Counted from the first letter of the stretch, positions 46,522 to 57,262 are shown. The stretch is 64,000 nt of DNA from an uncultured Syntrophaceae bacterium (GCA_964564625.1 CAZMBE010000001.1:33143-97142), one strand, 5' to 3'. Made by a program: numbers and translations. Notes: generated by a model from the letters alone, not told the origin.

Positions 46522-46557
46522 GAGATTGCCATGGCTCATAAAAGACCTTGCAATGAA
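46522..46557 (-). repeat. Hairpin repeat copy 3 (gagattgcc...ccttgcaatga)
   Basis: It has the same outer blocks (gagattgc / gcaatga) as the GIY-YIG element arms. It lies in the convergent phzF-like/cysS spacer. Confidence 0.55.
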
Positions 46558-46626
46558 TTACATCAACCGGCATCGGCTGATGCCGAATGCTTGAGGGTTT
46601 CTCTTCCCATCGAAAAGTAGGAATAC

Positions 46627-48108
46627 TTATTCTATTTTCCAGGTCGTCCCTGCAGGTCCGTCCTTGAGGATGATCTTTTTTTCCGCAAGAGCATGCCTAA
46701 TCTCATCTGCCTTCTTCCAGTCCTTGGCCAACCTGGCAGCCCGCCTTTCTTCAATCATACGCTCAATTTCTTTCACATCCAGTCCCCGTTTCCCGGCTTC
46801 TCTGTCCCGATCCTGATGGAAATACTCAGCAGGAGAGTCAAAAAATACCCCCAAGACCCTTCCTGTCTCCAAGATTGTTTTTCCTGCGTGATACAGAACA
46901 AAACATGTCTCGGGAGAAATACGGGATTTTTTATCTGCCATGTAACCGTTAACAACCCGCACGGCATCGAAAATATATCCGATTGCCCTTGGCGTGTTGA
47001 AATCGTCATCCATAGCTTGTTTGAATCTGTCTGGAAGTGATGCAAGCTTCCCACATACATCACTATCCCCCGCCGAAAGAGTTTCCCTGGTGATGCCGGA
47101 AAAATCCTCGCAACCAGATAATGCCTCATTAATTGCGTTCAGGGTAGTGTAGAATCGCTCCATGCCCATCCTCGCGTCGGCAAGTGACTCATCTGAAAAG
47201 TCAACAGGACTCTTGTAGTGACTCTGGAGCATGAAGAGCCTCAGCACTTCAGGATGGTAATTTTTTAATATATCTTTTATAGTAATAAAATTACCAAGAG
47301 ACTTTGACATCTTTTCGCCGTTGACCGTGACAAAGCCGTTGTAGACCCAGTAGTTGGCCAAGGGTTTCCCCGTGACACCTTCCGATTGCGCAATCTCATT
47401 TTCATGATGCGGGAAAATCAGATCTTCACCGCCACCGTGAATGTCAAACGTCTCCCCCAGAAAATGCTGGCTCATCACTGAACACTCGATATGCCAACCA
47501 GGCCTCCCTCTACCCCAGGGACTTTCCCACCACGGTTCCCCTTCCTTGCTGGCCTTCCATAATGCAAAATCGAGGGGATTCTTTTTCTTTTCACTCACAT
47601 CAACCCGCGCTCCGGCCATCATATCTTCCAAGGTCCTGCCCGAAAGCTTTCCGTATCCTGAAAATTTTTCCACCGCGTAATAGACATCGCCTTCAATCTC
47701 ATATGCCAATCCTTTATTACACAGAACCTTGATAAGATTTATCATGCCGCCAATGTGCTCTGTCGCTTTAGGTGCATATGTCGGCCTGGCAATCCTGAGT
47801 ATATCCATATCTTCATCATGCTCTCTGATGTATCTCTCGGAGATATCGAATATGGTTTCCCCATCTGCATTGGCCTTTACAATGATCTTATCATCTATGT
47901 CGGTGAAATTTTTCACATACGTCACGTCATAGCATTGATATCGGAAATACCGGGTAATGACATCAAACACCACCGCCGAACGGGCATGGCCTATATGGCA
48001 AACATCATAGGCCGTGATGCCGCACACATAGATGCGAACCCTCCCTTCACTGAGGGGCTTGAATGTCTCTTTCTGCTTGGTAAGGGTATTGTAGAGCTTT
48101 ATGGACAT
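46627..48108 (-). CDS. cysS: Cysteine--tRNA ligase
   Basis: Class-I HIGH (CHIGHARS) and KMSKS motifs are present. The ATG at 48108 is preceded by the SD aggtga. Confidence 0.9.
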   Translation of the reverse strand: MSIKLYNTLTKQKETFKPLSEGRVRIYVCGITAYDVCHIGHARSAVVFDVITRYFRYQCYDVTYVKNFTDIDDKIIVKANADGETIFDISERYIREHDEDMDILRIARPTYAPKATEHIGGMINLIKVLCNKGLAYEIEGDVYYAVEKFSGYGKLSGRTLEDMMAGARVDVSEKKKNPLDFALWKASKEGEPWWESPWGRGRPGWHIECSVMSQHFLGETFDIHGGGEDLIFPHHENEIAQSEGVTGKPLANYWVYNGFVTVNGEKMSKSLGNFITIKDILKNYHPEVLRLFMLQSHYKSPVDFSDESLADARMGMERFYTTLNAINEALSGCEDFSGITRETLSAGDSDVCGKLASLPDRFKQAMDDDFNTPRAIGYIFDAVRVVNGYMADKKSRISPETCFVLYHAGKTILETGRVLGVFFDSPAEYFHQDRDREAGKRGLDVKEIERMIEERRAARLAKDWKKADEIRHALAEKKIILKDGPAGTTWKIE

Positions 48109-48139
48109 CAATCTCACCTGCTGTAAACAACACCGTTTT

Positions 48140-49186
48140 TTACGGGAATAACGACATTATATTCAATCCGGTGTCTTCGCTGATGCCACACATCAGATTC
48201 ATGTTCTGTATGGCCTGACCGGCTGCACCTTTCATAAGATTATCGATGGCAGATACAATGATAACTCTGTTTGTTCTCCCATCAATAGTCAACCCGATAT
48301 CACAATAATTAGAACCTCGAATAGAGGAAATATTGGGGAGTGTTCCTTCTTTGTATATCCTGATAAACTTCTTACCCCTATAAAATTGCCGATAGAGATC
48401 AACCAGCGCTGACGTGGTCACATCTTTCTGCACTGACGCATAGATTGTGCTGAGAATCCCCCTGCTTAAAGGCAAAAGATGGGGTGTAAAAGAAATTTTA
48501 ACATCATGTCCGGCAAGTACACCTATCTCCTGTTCCATCTCCGGTGTGTGCCGATGCTGACCGATCTTGTAGGCCTTGAAGCCCTCATCAATCTCGCAAA
48601 AAAGTGTCCCCACCTGCGGCTCTCTTCCCGCACCGCTGACGCCGGATTTGGAATCGACGATGATGGAAGCATCATCTATGCAATGCGCCTTCAGCAGCGG
48701 GGCAAGACCAAGGATCACACTGGTTGGATAACAACCTGGATTGGCGACTAGTTTGGCAGAAACGATGGCATCCCCGTACAGCTCTGGTATGCCGTAAACC
48801 GATTCTTTAATATGCTCGGGGGCAGTGTGCCTGCGGTACCAATGTTCGTATGTAGCGACGTTCCGCAGCCTAAAATCCGCGCTAAGATCGATTACCTTTT
48901 TCCCGGCACGTAAAAAAATAGGCGCCACATCCATGGATATACCGTGGGGCAAGGCTAAAAATACAATATCCGCAAGAGCCGCCATCTCTTCGGGAGAGGC
49001 ATCAATGAAAGCCAGATCCGTGAGACCGAGGAATACAGGGTATATATCAGAAACGGGGAGTCCTGCATATCGCCTTGATGTCAATGCAACAACATTGGAT
49101 TGCGGATGTCCGAGCAGGAGTCGAAGAAGTTCCTGACCTGTGTATCCGCTCGCGCCATATATACCGATGTTCAGCATATGCGTCAC
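48140..49186 (-). CDS. argC: N-acetyl-gamma-glutamyl-phosphate reductase
   Basis: IGIYGASGYTGQEL... with the active-site context NPGCYPTS. Confidence 0.9.
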   Translation of the reverse strand: MTHMLNIGIYGASGYTGQELLRLLLGHPQSNVVALTSRRYAGLPVSDIYPVFLGLTDLAFIDASPEEMAALADIVFLALPHGISMDVAPIFLRAGKKVIDLSADFRLRNVATYEHWYRRHTAPEHIKESVYGIPELYGDAIVSAKLVANPGCYPTSVILGLAPLLKAHCIDDASIIVDSKSGVSGAGREPQVGTLFCEIDEGFKAYKIGQHRHTPEMEQEIGVLAGHDVKISFTPHLLPLSRGILSTIYASVQKDVTTSALVDLYRQFYRGKKFIRIYKEGTLPNISSIRGSNYCDIGLTIDGRTNRVIIVSAIDNLMKGAAGQAIQNMNLMCGISEDTGLNIMSLFP

Positions 49187-49384
49187 CTGTGAAAAATTTA
49201 TCTACAATAGTGCCGTTGTTGTATCAAAGCCTATAAACATTCCCAAGCTTGTCATTTCGCCCTGAGGTGTTCACGCAGGGTAAACTCCCGGAGAAATCTT
49301 ATACACCGTTGGTCAATCATGAGATTGCCGCGGGCTTCGCCCTCGCAAAGACAATGGGAGTGCAGTTTATAGAGCTTCTTATCC

Positions 49385-49410
49385 AAAAAAAAGGAGGCCA
49401 AGAAGCCCCC
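49385..49410 (-). terminator. Rho-independent terminator downstream of rpsI
   Basis: On the minus strand, GGGGGC-uucuug-GCCUCC is followed by U8, starting about 10 nt after the rpsI stop. Confidence 0.7.
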
Positions 49411-49420
49411 TTCAGTCATG

Positions 49421-49810
49421 TTATCTTTTAGAAAACTGGAAGCGCTTCCTTGCTCCCGGCTGGCCGTATTTCTTTCTTTCCTTGATGCGTGAATCCCTAG
49501 TAAGAAATCCCGCTTTTTTAAGAATTGACCGCCATTCCAAGTCATACTCTATAAGCGTTTTCGCGATGCCATGTTTTATCGCCCCTGCCTGTCCGGCTAT
49601 TCCACCTCCCGATACATTCACAAAAAAATCAAACTTATTTCTTGCGCCTACCATCTCGAGGGGCTGCATGATGATCATTTTGAGACTATCTCTCGTGAAA
49701 TAGTCATCAAAATTTCTTTTATTCACGACCAGACTCCCGCTTCCCTCTTTCATATACACTCTGGCGATAGCGTACTTCTTTTTTCCCGTGGCATAAAAAC
49801 GTTTATCCAT
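49421..49810 (-). CDS. rpsI: 30S ribosomal protein S9
   Basis: ...[19 protein letters not shown]...[13 protein letters not shown]-terminus. Confidence 0.95.
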   Translation of the reverse strand: MDKRFYATGKKKYAIARVYMKEGSGSLVVNKRNFDDYFTRDSLKMIIMQPLEMVGARNKFDFFVNVSGGGIAGQAGAIKHGIAKTLIEYDLEWRSILKKAGFLTRDSRIKERKKYGQPGARKRFQFSKR

Positions 49811-49991
49811 TAAATTCTCCCGATCAAAATTTATTATGAGAACTTTGCATATTATTAAAAACTTGCTCGTAAATAATTACTTCCTATAAAATCTCCCCCG
49901 TTCCCCCCCTTTTCAAAGGGGAAACCCATTCACTCCTCACTGTGTGAAAGAGAGGCCGGATGGGATTTTCAAAGATCTCGAGATTCACGAT

Positions 49992-50420
49992 TTATACCTT
50001 AATTACCCGGGGGCACTGGGCCTCGTGAGGATGATCATTACCGGTATAGATCTTGAGTTTCTTCAGCATCTTCCGCCCCAAAGAGTTTTTCGGCAGCATC
50101 CCTCTCACGGCAAAAAGCAATACTTTCTCCGGGTGATCCTTTAACATTTTTCCGGCATTTGTCATTTTCAAACCACCAGGGTAACCGGAATGATGATAGT
50201 AAACCTTGTCGGACATTTTATTCCCTGTAAGGGAAACCTTTCCGGCATTTACAACAATGACAAAATCCCCTGTATCCACATACGGCGTGTAAATAGGTTT
50301 ATGTTTGCCCCGCAGGCGCTTCGCGATCTCACTGGCAAGTCTGCCGAGAATCTGTCCTTCTGCATCAATGAGATACCAGTCCTTAACGATGTCCTCATGT
50401 CTTGCATTATATGTTTTCAT
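49992..50420 (-). CDS. rplM: 50S ribosomal protein L13
   Basis: From the ATG at 50420: [30 protein letters not shown]... Confidence 0.95.
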   Translation of the reverse strand: MKTYNARHEDIVKDWYLIDAEGQILGRLASEIAKRLRGKHKPIYTPYVDTGDFVIVVNAGKVSLTGNKMSDKVYYHHSGYPGGLKMTNAGKMLKDHPEKVLLFAVRGMLPKNSLGRKMLKKLKIYTGNDHPHEAQCPRVIKV

Positions 50421-50508
50421 AAATTCACCCAAGTAGTAAATGTAAAAAAGGAGGCTACGAAATTTCAAAATATTTGTCAAGAAAAAAACCCCAACAAATT
50501 AAATTACC

Positions 50509-52806
50509 TTATTTCCCTCCTACCTTTCCAAGTCCATAGAGCGTCAAGGCTACTATATACCTTTTATCATCATGAGTTTCCGTATATCTTACGTCAATAG
50601 TCCAGCACTGTTTACTATAGATGAGGCCGTATGTCTTCTCTATAGTTTGATTATCTAATTCATTTATCCTGTACACATGGATCAGAGAAAGGTTTTTTGT
50701 CAGCACAGCTTTTAATGAAAGGTTAATTTCTTCGAGAGGAACCTGGGTATATTGATTATACGGGGCAAAAGGCGCGCTGGAGCCGGAAGGCATAATTTCA
50801 TTTGTAACAGATTTGATGTTCCGATATCCGAGAGTCACTGAATCACCACGCCAGTCGCTGATATGCACATCATAGCTGGATTTTTTCCATTCACCCGATT
50901 CTACATCATATTTGTTTCGTGCCAGGAAAGAAAGATATTGAAATGGTTTCACATCAAGCTCAATATCGATATCACTGAAAGGCTTTTTGTCTGCGGGGGG
51001 TAGGGTATCTCCACTTTTTGCCTCTTTGAAATCATAGGTCTGTGAAAGTTTAAAACGTAAAAACTCCCGATAACTTTTCCCTCCTCCCTTCTCATTCAAC
51101 CTTGCCAACAGTGCATTGGTCAATGAGTATGTCAGAGTGCTTTGTTCAGGTATGCGGGTTACAAAATCAGGGGCGTCATCCTGGTAGGCATGGGAAACAT
51201 AGGTGTATGTTACTTCCGGCGTGATGCCATGTCGAATTTTATCAATTACCTCGCCCCCAATTTCGAATATCCTGTGAATCTCGGTTTTTGCAGTTGCCCC
51301 CGCCGTGTACATGTGCCGATCGCCATTTTTACTATGGACAGCATTGACTGTATCAAAACTATCATCCCGGTTCCAGAATGTACTCTTTACACCTGCCTGT
51401 GGAGTTACCTGAAGATAATCAGCCCAGCGTAACGGCAGGGAGAAAACCGGTTGCAGATCATAAAGATGCCCCTTCGCGCCTTCATTTCTGTAATAATAAT
51501 CGTACGCCGCATCAAATTCTAAATAGAGGGGAGTGCCCCAGAGGGGTTGTTTTATCCCTCTGAAGGAAATTTCGGGATATTTCTGCAATGTTGCATCATT
51601 TGTGGCAGTTGAAAAATCATCTGTATAACGAACAAGGGCCGTCAGGCTGTATAGCTGCCAGTTTTTGACCAGACGGACCGTTGAATCGAGTGAGCCGAGT
51701 GCTTCATCACCCACAAATGATATTTTTTTAAACCTGTTCGTTTCCTTCTTCGAATAATTTTCGAGATAGTAGTTATGCGAGGAAAAGTCTTTAAAGTACC
51801 AGTTGTCAGAAACTTTCCTGATATCGGCCCTTAAGAAAAAAGACGGGCTGAATGTAGTCTCATGATGCAGGTAGTATGACCATCTCTTGTGATCGGAGTG
51901 CCAGTTCCTACTTATTCCTCCTTGTGTATCGACAACCCGGCCGGTATCATTCATAAAGTCGCCATAAAAGGTGCCGAATGAATTGTTATTGATGAAGTAC
52001 CTGAATTCAACTCCTTCTTTAAATCCCCTCTTGCTCATATAGCGCTGATAAAATGTAGCATCCGTATTTTCTGAAATCGCCCAGTAAAAAGGAATCTCCA
52101 CATCAGCGCCTAACTTGTCCCGGGAATAGGAAAGATGGGGGAGGAGGAACCCCGACTGACGGGTCGTCTTCGCAGGGAACAAAAAATACGGAATGTAGAA
52201 AACGGGAATATCTTTAGCCAGCAATTTGCTGTTTTTCAACGTGCCATACCCGTCGATGGTTACATTCAGTTCACTCCCCGTCAATCGCCAATCGGGAGAA
52301 ATTCCGTCACACGTGGTCGCCGTGGCATCATTGATGCGGTATGTCGCCTCCCCTGTTTTTTCTATTGTTGACCCCGAGAGATAAAAATGATTTTTTGCGA
52401 GAAACATTTTGCCTTCATACGCAATCCCGGTTTCTGTTTCTATATTGAATGTAACTTTGTCCCCCTCGAGGATATCATTGTTACTTATGAGCATTACGTC
52501 CCCTTCTGCGAGTGCCTCATTGGATGTCCTGTTAAGGGTTGCAGATTCCGCCAAGAGCAAACCACCAGAAAAGACTATGAGAACATCTCCTTTTGCGTCA
52601 TAGGTATCCTTTGCCTTGTCATAGGAGATGCTGTGTGCTTCGATTGTGACCGGTCCCTTGGAAGGATCAACCTTAGCTGCACCAAAACTGTGAACAGGAA
52701 AGAAAGAAAGCAGAAAGATTACACAAATAATTGCCAAGGATTCTCGCAATGACATGGGGGGCAGCTTTGCAATGGTCACATTGTAAGTGTTCGATATCTT
52801 TCTCAT
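50509..52806 (-). CDS. lptD: LPS-assembly outer-membrane protein LptD (OstA)
   Basis: A signal peptide (…SLRESLAIICVIFLLSFFPVHSFG/AAK) is followed by an OstA-N beta-jellyroll and a large C-terminal barrel. The start is either the ATG at 52806 (5 nt after the folC stop) or the ATG at 52755. The latter lies inside repeat copy 4. Confidence 0.85.
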   Translation of the reverse strand: MRKISNTYNVTIAKLPPMSLRESLAIICVIFLLSFFPVHSFGAAKVDPSKGPVTIEAHSISYDKAKDTYDAKGDVLIVFSGGLLLAESATLNRTSNEALAEGDVMLISNNDILEGDKVTFNIETETGIAYEGKMFLAKNHFYLSGSTIEKTGEATYRINDATATTCDGISPDWRLTGSELNVTIDGYGTLKNSKLLAKDIPVFYIPYFLFPAKTTRQSGFLLPHLSYSRDKLGADVEIPFYWAISENTDATFYQRYMSKRGFKEGVEFRYFINNNSFGTFYGDFMNDTGRVVDTQGGISRNWHSDHKRWSYYLHHETTFSPSFFLRADIRKVSDNWYFKDFSSHNYYLENYSKKETNRFKKISFVGDEALGSLDSTVRLVKNWQLYSLTALVRYTDDFSTATNDATLQKYPEISFRGIKQPLWGTPLYLEFDAAYDYYYRNEGAKGHLYDLQPVFSLPLRWADYLQVTPQAGVKSTFWNRDDSFDTVNAVHSKNGDRHMYTAGATAKTEIHRIFEIGGEVIDKIRHGITPEVTYTYVSHAYQDDAPDFVTRIPEQSTLTYSLTNALLARLNEKGGGKSYREFLRFKLSQTYDFKEAKSGDTLPPADKKPFSDIDIELDVKPFQYLSFLARNKYDVESGEWKKSSYDVHISDWRGDSVTLGYRNIKSVTNEIMPSGSSAPFAPYNQYTQVPLEEINLSLKAVLTKNLSLIHVYRINELDNQTIEKTYGLIYSKQCWTIDVRYTETHDDKRYIVALTLYGLGKVGGK
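52729..52753 (-). repeat. Hairpin repeat copy 4 (gtcattgcgag-aatccttg-gcaatt), embedded in the lptD 5' end
   Basis: The exact 11-mer gtcattgcgag (minus strand) is followed by gcaat. It is translated as (M)SLRESLAI, the start of the LptD signal peptide. Confidence 0.7.
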
Positions 52807-52810
52807 GACT

Positions 52811-54073
52811 TCATGATATCTCTGAAAATACCCTTTTAATCTCACCAACGAGATAGAGAGAGCCCGTTACACAGATAAGATCATCTGAATCGGCTATGGA
52901 TAACGCCCACCTTAAAGCCTCACTGGAGTTCTCCACGACCTCGATTCGATCATTGTTCTTCCATTTTTGTGCGACTGCCATAATTTCCTCCACGGGCATC
53001 GCTCTTTCTGTAACTGGTTTAGTGATAATCAGTCGATCCGATAGGGGAACCAGTTTTTTTAACATGATCCTGTAACGCTTATCTTTGAGAACACCAAAGA
53101 TGAGTATTAAGTTTTTGTATGAAAATTCATTTTTTAGTGCTTTGGAAAGGGCAGACACACCAGCTGTATTATGGGCTCCGTCCACAAGAAGCATCGGAGC
53201 ATGTCGAAGGACTTCTAAACGCCCCTCCCACCGCACATCACGAATGCCATCAAAGACCGCATCATCATTGACTGCAAACCCCTTCATTGCGATAGCTTCA
53301 ATAACACCAAGGGCGACAGCGGCGTTTTCAATCTGATGCGCTCCTTTCAAAGGACACATGAGACGTTCATGCTTCTTTCTTATTCCCCTGTATGTGAAAA
53401 ATCCATTACCGAGCTTTTTGATCTTTATTTCCCTACCAATTCTAAGTAACTCTGCTCCTTTTTTTCTGCAGATATCTTCCAGAACATCAATGACGCTCTT
53501 TTGCTTAACTGCAGTGATACATATCCCTTTATCTTTAATGATGCCACCTTTTTCCTGGGAAATGTTTCGCAGGTCCCCACCTAGATATTCTTCGTGATCA
53601 AATGAAATATTGGATATGACAGAGACAAGTGGTGTAACCACATTAGTCGCATCAAGCCTTCCCCCCATCCCCACTTCCAACACGGCGATATCAACATCTT
53701 TTCTACAAAAATAAAGGAAGGCAACAGTAGTGAGAAATTCAAAATAGGTGATATTTTCTGTCACACTTTCTTTCACTTCCCTTATTAATTCGTGCATTTC
53801 TTCTAATGAAATCATGTTGTTATTAACTTTTATCCGCTCTCGAATATCGATCAAGTGAGGAGATGTATACAGGCCAACACGAAAACCACCGCGGTTCAGG
53901 ACTGATGCCACCATAGCTGCAATGGAGCCTTTGCCATTGGTTCCGCCAATGACAATGGTCCTGTACGAATTGTAAGGATTATTTAAACGATTAAGAAGTC
54001 GTGAGATAGGGCCAAGACATAGACGGATATCTACACTTTTTAATCCACAGAGGCGTTCAAGGGGATCCTGCAT
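52811..54073 (-). CDS. folC: Bifunctional folylpolyglutamate synthase / dihydrofolate synthase
   Basis: Mur-ligase P-loop GGTNGKGS. The size and motifs are those of FolC. Confidence 0.85.
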   Translation of the reverse strand: MQDPLERLCGLKSVDIRLCLGPISRLLNRLNNPYNSYRTIVIGGTNGKGSIAAMVASVLNRGGFRVGLYTSPHLIDIRERIKVNNNMISLEEMHELIREVKESVTENITYFEFLTTVAFLYFCRKDVDIAVLEVGMGGRLDATNVVTPLVSVISNISFDHEEYLGGDLRNISQEKGGIIKDKGICITAVKQKSVIDVLEDICRKKGAELLRIGREIKIKKLGNGFFTYRGIRKKHERLMCPLKGAHQIENAAVALGVIEAIAMKGFAVNDDAVFDGIRDVRWEGRLEVLRHAPMLLVDGAHNTAGVSALSKALKNEFSYKNLILIFGVLKDKRYRIMLKKLVPLSDRLIITKPVTERAMPVEEIMAVAQKWKNNDRIEVVENSSEALRWALSIADSDDLICVTGSLYLVGEIKRVFSEIS

Positions 54074-54142
54074 TTGTCGTCAGAATTTAAGTTCGATCAG
54101 ACTAGGCCTTTCTAAAGGCAATACCGCAGAAGAAGGATTTGG

Positions 54143-54910
54143 TCAAATGTGAATGACCTCACCATCCTGAAGAATACGTATATTTCTATCTTTGATCATA
54201 GCAATCTCATTCTGAATAGATTCATGATATTGGAACTTCATGTGATAAAGGTATATCTGGGGATTGTGGGTGTTCAGTTTTTTCAACTCTTCTTCCAGAC
54301 CTGAAGCTGTCAGGTGGCCGGTCATGTTTGCGACGTCTCGCATATCATTGGGAAGAGACGTTTCAACAAACACCGCCTTTAAGTTGCTTATGCTGTTTGC
54401 AACCTTCCACACATCTTCTGTAGGACCTGTATCCCCAATTATAACTATGGATCCTTCTTGAGATTCAATGGCATAACTGACAGTCTCAATGACGTGATTC
54501 ACAAGGACAGCCGTCACATTAATAGAATCGAGGACAACTTGTTCCCCGGGTTTGATAATCTTAAATTGCAGGACGGGGTTTTCCGGGTTGGGGAGTGAGG
54601 AAAAATCCGGCCAGATGATATTATTGAAAAGATAGGTTTTAAGTGTATCAATAATGGTATGGGTAGCGACAACAACCAGAGGATGGTCTTGCTGGAGATA
54701 GCACATATTATCCGCAAGGAACATGATATCCCTTACATGATCAAGGTGCGCATGAGTGATAAGAACATAATTAATCTTAACCTGTTCTTCAATAGACAGC
54801 AAAGATGTAATTGTTCCTGCATCTACCAGAATATTCTCGTTCAATAAAAAACTCGTCGTATTACATCCGGGCGTATGCGATCCATGGCAACCTAATACCC
54901 TGATTTGCAT
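54143..54910 (-). CDS. MBL-fold hydrolase, class-II 3',5'-cyclic-nucleotide phosphodiesterase-like
   Basis: The N-terminus is MQIRVLGCHGS. The THAHLDHVRD motif resembles the class-II PDE signature HxHLDH. Confidence 0.6.
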   Translation of the reverse strand: MQIRVLGCHGSHTPGCNTTSFLLNENILVDAGTITSLLSIEEQVKINYVLITHAHLDHVRDIMFLADNMCYLQQDHPLVVVATHTIIDTLKTYLFNNIIWPDFSSLPNPENPVLQFKIIKPGEQVVLDSINVTAVLVNHVIETVSYAIESQEGSIVIIGDTGPTEDVWKVANSISNLKAVFVETSLPNDMRDVANMTGHLTASGLEEELKKLNTHNPQIYLYHMKFQYHESIQNEIAMIKDRNIRILQDGEVIHI

Positions 54911-55157
54911 TTCTTACCATCCCCTCAATGAGAGCCAATACATAAAAAAGAATGAGCCGCAGATAAAAATTCTACTTTATCGTCTGTTAACGGCGGATAA
55001 TGAATTCTGCCAAGATTGATTGTGTAAGCTTCGCACGTGATAGAACAGCTTTGCATGCGGGCTGAACGTTAGCACAGCTCTGTTAATGAGGCAATAACTT
55101 TATCAGCAGGGATGACTTCTTCCCAAGAGCCCATCAACAGCTTTTCGGGTCAGCAGA

Positions 55158-55418
55158 CTATTCAGGTACAACTCTGTAAACTTCATCCCCGGGACGCACA
55201 CGATCAGAAACCCTGACACCGATAAAGTCTCCTGCTACTGCTTTCATAATCTTTTGATTGTTGGTCTCCATCGATTCAATCACACTTGTCATATCAGTAG
55301 TATGACCGGTAATTTTAATTGTATCGCCTATCTTTAACTCGCCATCTGTAATCTTTATTGCCGCAACAGAGGGCTTGGAAAAAAACTTTACGACTTCACC
55401 TATTTTTTCTTCCGCCAT
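55158..55418 (-). CDS. Small beta-barrel protein resembling translation-factor domain 2 (EF-Tu D2-like)
   Basis: 86 aa. IGEVVKFFSKPSVAAIKITDGELKIGDTIKI...GDFIGVRV...RPGDEVY is the typical EFTU_D2-style barrel pattern. Confidence 0.5.
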   Translation of the reverse strand: MAEEKIGEVVKFFSKPSVAAIKITDGELKIGDTIKITGHTTDMTSVIESMETNNQKIMKAVAGDFIGVRVSDRVRPGDEVYRVVPE

Positions 55419-55544
55419 AACTAATTCTCCTTCCTTTGCTGCTAAGTGGTTGAGATAGAATGAAAAGCCTCACCAGTAAGAACTTATCAGAAAGACTGGT
55501 CATCAGCAAAACCGACAACCCGTGATGAAGTATATTTTTTCTGA

Positions 55545-55600
55545 TAAAAAAACAAGAAAAAAAAGAAAAGCAGGGTAAGAGCGCAATCCCTGCTTTTATT
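55545..55600 (-). terminator. Rho-independent (bidirectional-looking) terminator downstream of rplQ
   Basis: The stem aaaaGCAGGG...CCCTGCtttt (55566-55597) is followed on the minus strand by a long U-rich tract (uuuucuuuuuuuucuuguuuuuu). Confidence 0.7.
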
Positions 55601-55722
55601 GAATTACTATTTTTTAAAGATTGTAGTTTTATATTAATGCTGAATTTATTTCATTCGCGCGTACTACAAACAAACGGAACTCCTGTCAGACCATTCATTC
55701 AAGGTCGGTGTTTCTCCCGTTA

Positions 55723-56121
55723 TTACTTTTGCGAAAGAACCTTCTTCTTTGTTTGCTCCTGATCTGCTTCCCGGATAAATTCAATTATTGACATTGGCGC
55801 ATTGTCCCCTATGCGACTACCCATTTTCATGATCCTTGTATACCCGCCTGTATAATCACGATATCGTGTCGAAAGCTCGTCAAAAAGCTTCGCCACAATT
55901 TCTTTATCTCTTACAAACGAAAGTGCTTGCCTCCGCGCGTGAAGATCTCCCCTCTTGCCAAGGGTAACCATTTTTTCCGCAACCTTTCTTAACTCCTTGG
56001 CTTTGGCATCCGTTGTGGTAATCTTTTCATATTTCAAAAGGGAAGTAACCATATTTCGCAACATAGCCTCCCTGTGACTTGAAGTTCTGCCCAGTTTCCT
56101 GCCTGTGTTCCTATGACGCAT
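55723..56121 (-). CDS. rplQ: 50S ribosomal protein L17
   Basis: [24 protein letters not shown]... Confidence 0.95.
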   Translation of the reverse strand: MRHRNTGRKLGRTSSHREAMLRNMVTSLLKYEKITTTDAKAKELRKVAEKMVTLGKRGDLHARRQALSFVRDKEIVAKLFDELSTRYRDYTGGYTRIMKMGSRIGDNAPMSIIEFIREADQEQTKKKVLSQK

Positions 56122-56141
56122 TTAAATACATCTCCCTTCTC

Positions 56142-56162
56142 AAATCCATTGTTAATGGATTT
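56142..56162. repeat. Intercistronic hairpin aaatccat-tgtta-atggattt (rpoA-rplQ spacer)
   Basis: An 8-bp perfect stem. The same stem sequence recurs at 59467-59487. Confidence 0.7.
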
Positions 56163-56245
56163 ATCCCCAGCCGACAGAGAAAGATAATATTGACTTCAAT
56201 CATTCCCCTTGGGGTGCCTGAGGAGTTTACCCCTCAGAGATATTA

Positions 56246-57262
56246 TCATTTCGTGACTGTGCTCTCACTTTCTTTATTTTCATCTTTAGTCCAGGGAGGA
56301 AAATCTAACTTCATACCGAAGCTAAGCCCCATTTCTGCAAGAATTTCCTTTATTTCGTTCAGAGACTTCCTTCCAAAATTTTTGGTCTTAAGCATTTCTG
56401 CCTCTGTCTTTTGAACCAGCTCCCCGATCAAGTTAATACCAGCATTTTTTAAGCAGTTAGCCGATCTTACGGAAAGTTCCAGATCATCAACATGTCTTAA
56501 GAGGTTTTCATTTACTGTTTCTTCTTCTTTAACTACTTCCTGCTGCTCTTCCTCATCAACCTCATCAAAGTTGATAAATATATCCAATTGGCCTTTGAGT
56601 ATCTTTGCTGCATACGCAAGAGCATCTTCAGGCAAAACACTTCCGTCCGTCCAAACTTCCACGATAAGTCGGTCATAATCGGCGATTTGTCCTACCCTCG
56701 CATGAGTAACCGTATAATTGACTTTTTTAATCGGCGAAAAGGCTGCATCAATATTGATCGTCCCTTCCGGTTGATCGGCAGTTCTTTCACTTCGTGCAGG
56801 CACATACCCCTTACCTGTCTTCACAACAAGTTCCGCCTTAAATTTTTCGCCGCTGGAGAGGGTCGCAATGTGGTGATCAGGATTAAGAATCTCTAGTGAC
56901 CCGTCAGTAATAATATCTGCTGCAGTTATCGCCCCCTCCCGAGAGGTATCAATATACACCATTTTAGGCCCATCCTCATGCAGCTTTACGCGGACACCCT
57001 TCATGTTTAATATAATGTCAGCTACATCTTCTTTAACCCCAGGAATTGTTGAATATTCATGGAGAACCCCATCAATTTTCAATGAGATAATAGCAGCTCC
57101 CTGAATAGACGACAAAAGCACTCTTCTGAGAGCATTTCCGAGAGTAATACCAAATCCTCTTTCTAAAGGCTGACAAGAAAATTCGCCATAAAAGCGCGAA
57201 TGGGTGCTTTCATCAATTTCAATTCGTTTGGGTCGTATTAAACTGCGCCAGCACTTTTGCAT
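56246..57262 (-). CDS. rpoA: DNA-directed RNA polymerase subunit alpha
   Basis: N-terminal domain ...[16 protein letters not shown]... and the C-terminal domain with [11 protein letters not shown]. Confidence 0.95.
   Translation of the reverse strand: MQKCWRSLIRPKRIEIDESTHSRFYGEFSCQPLERGFGITLGNALRRVLLSSIQGAAIISLKIDGVLHEYSTIPGVKEDVADIILNMKGVRVKLHEDGPKMVYIDTSREGAITAADIITDGSLEILNPDHHIATLSSGEKFKAELVVKTGKGYVPARSERTADQPEGTINIDAAFSPIKKVNYTVTHARVGQIADYDRLIVEVWTDGSVLPEDALAYAAKILKGQLDIFINFDEVDEEEQQEVVKEEETVNENLLRHVDDLELSVRSANCLKNAGINLIGELVQKTEAEMLKTKNFGRKSLNEIKEILAEMGLSFGMKLDFPPWTKDENKESESTVTK

Noticed and set aside
46571-46590. Hairpin ggcatc-ggct-gatgcc between the convergent phzF-like and cysS genes, considered as a bidirectional terminator.
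   Set aside because: There is no U-tract on either strand and the stem is only 6 bp. Not reported as a terminator.
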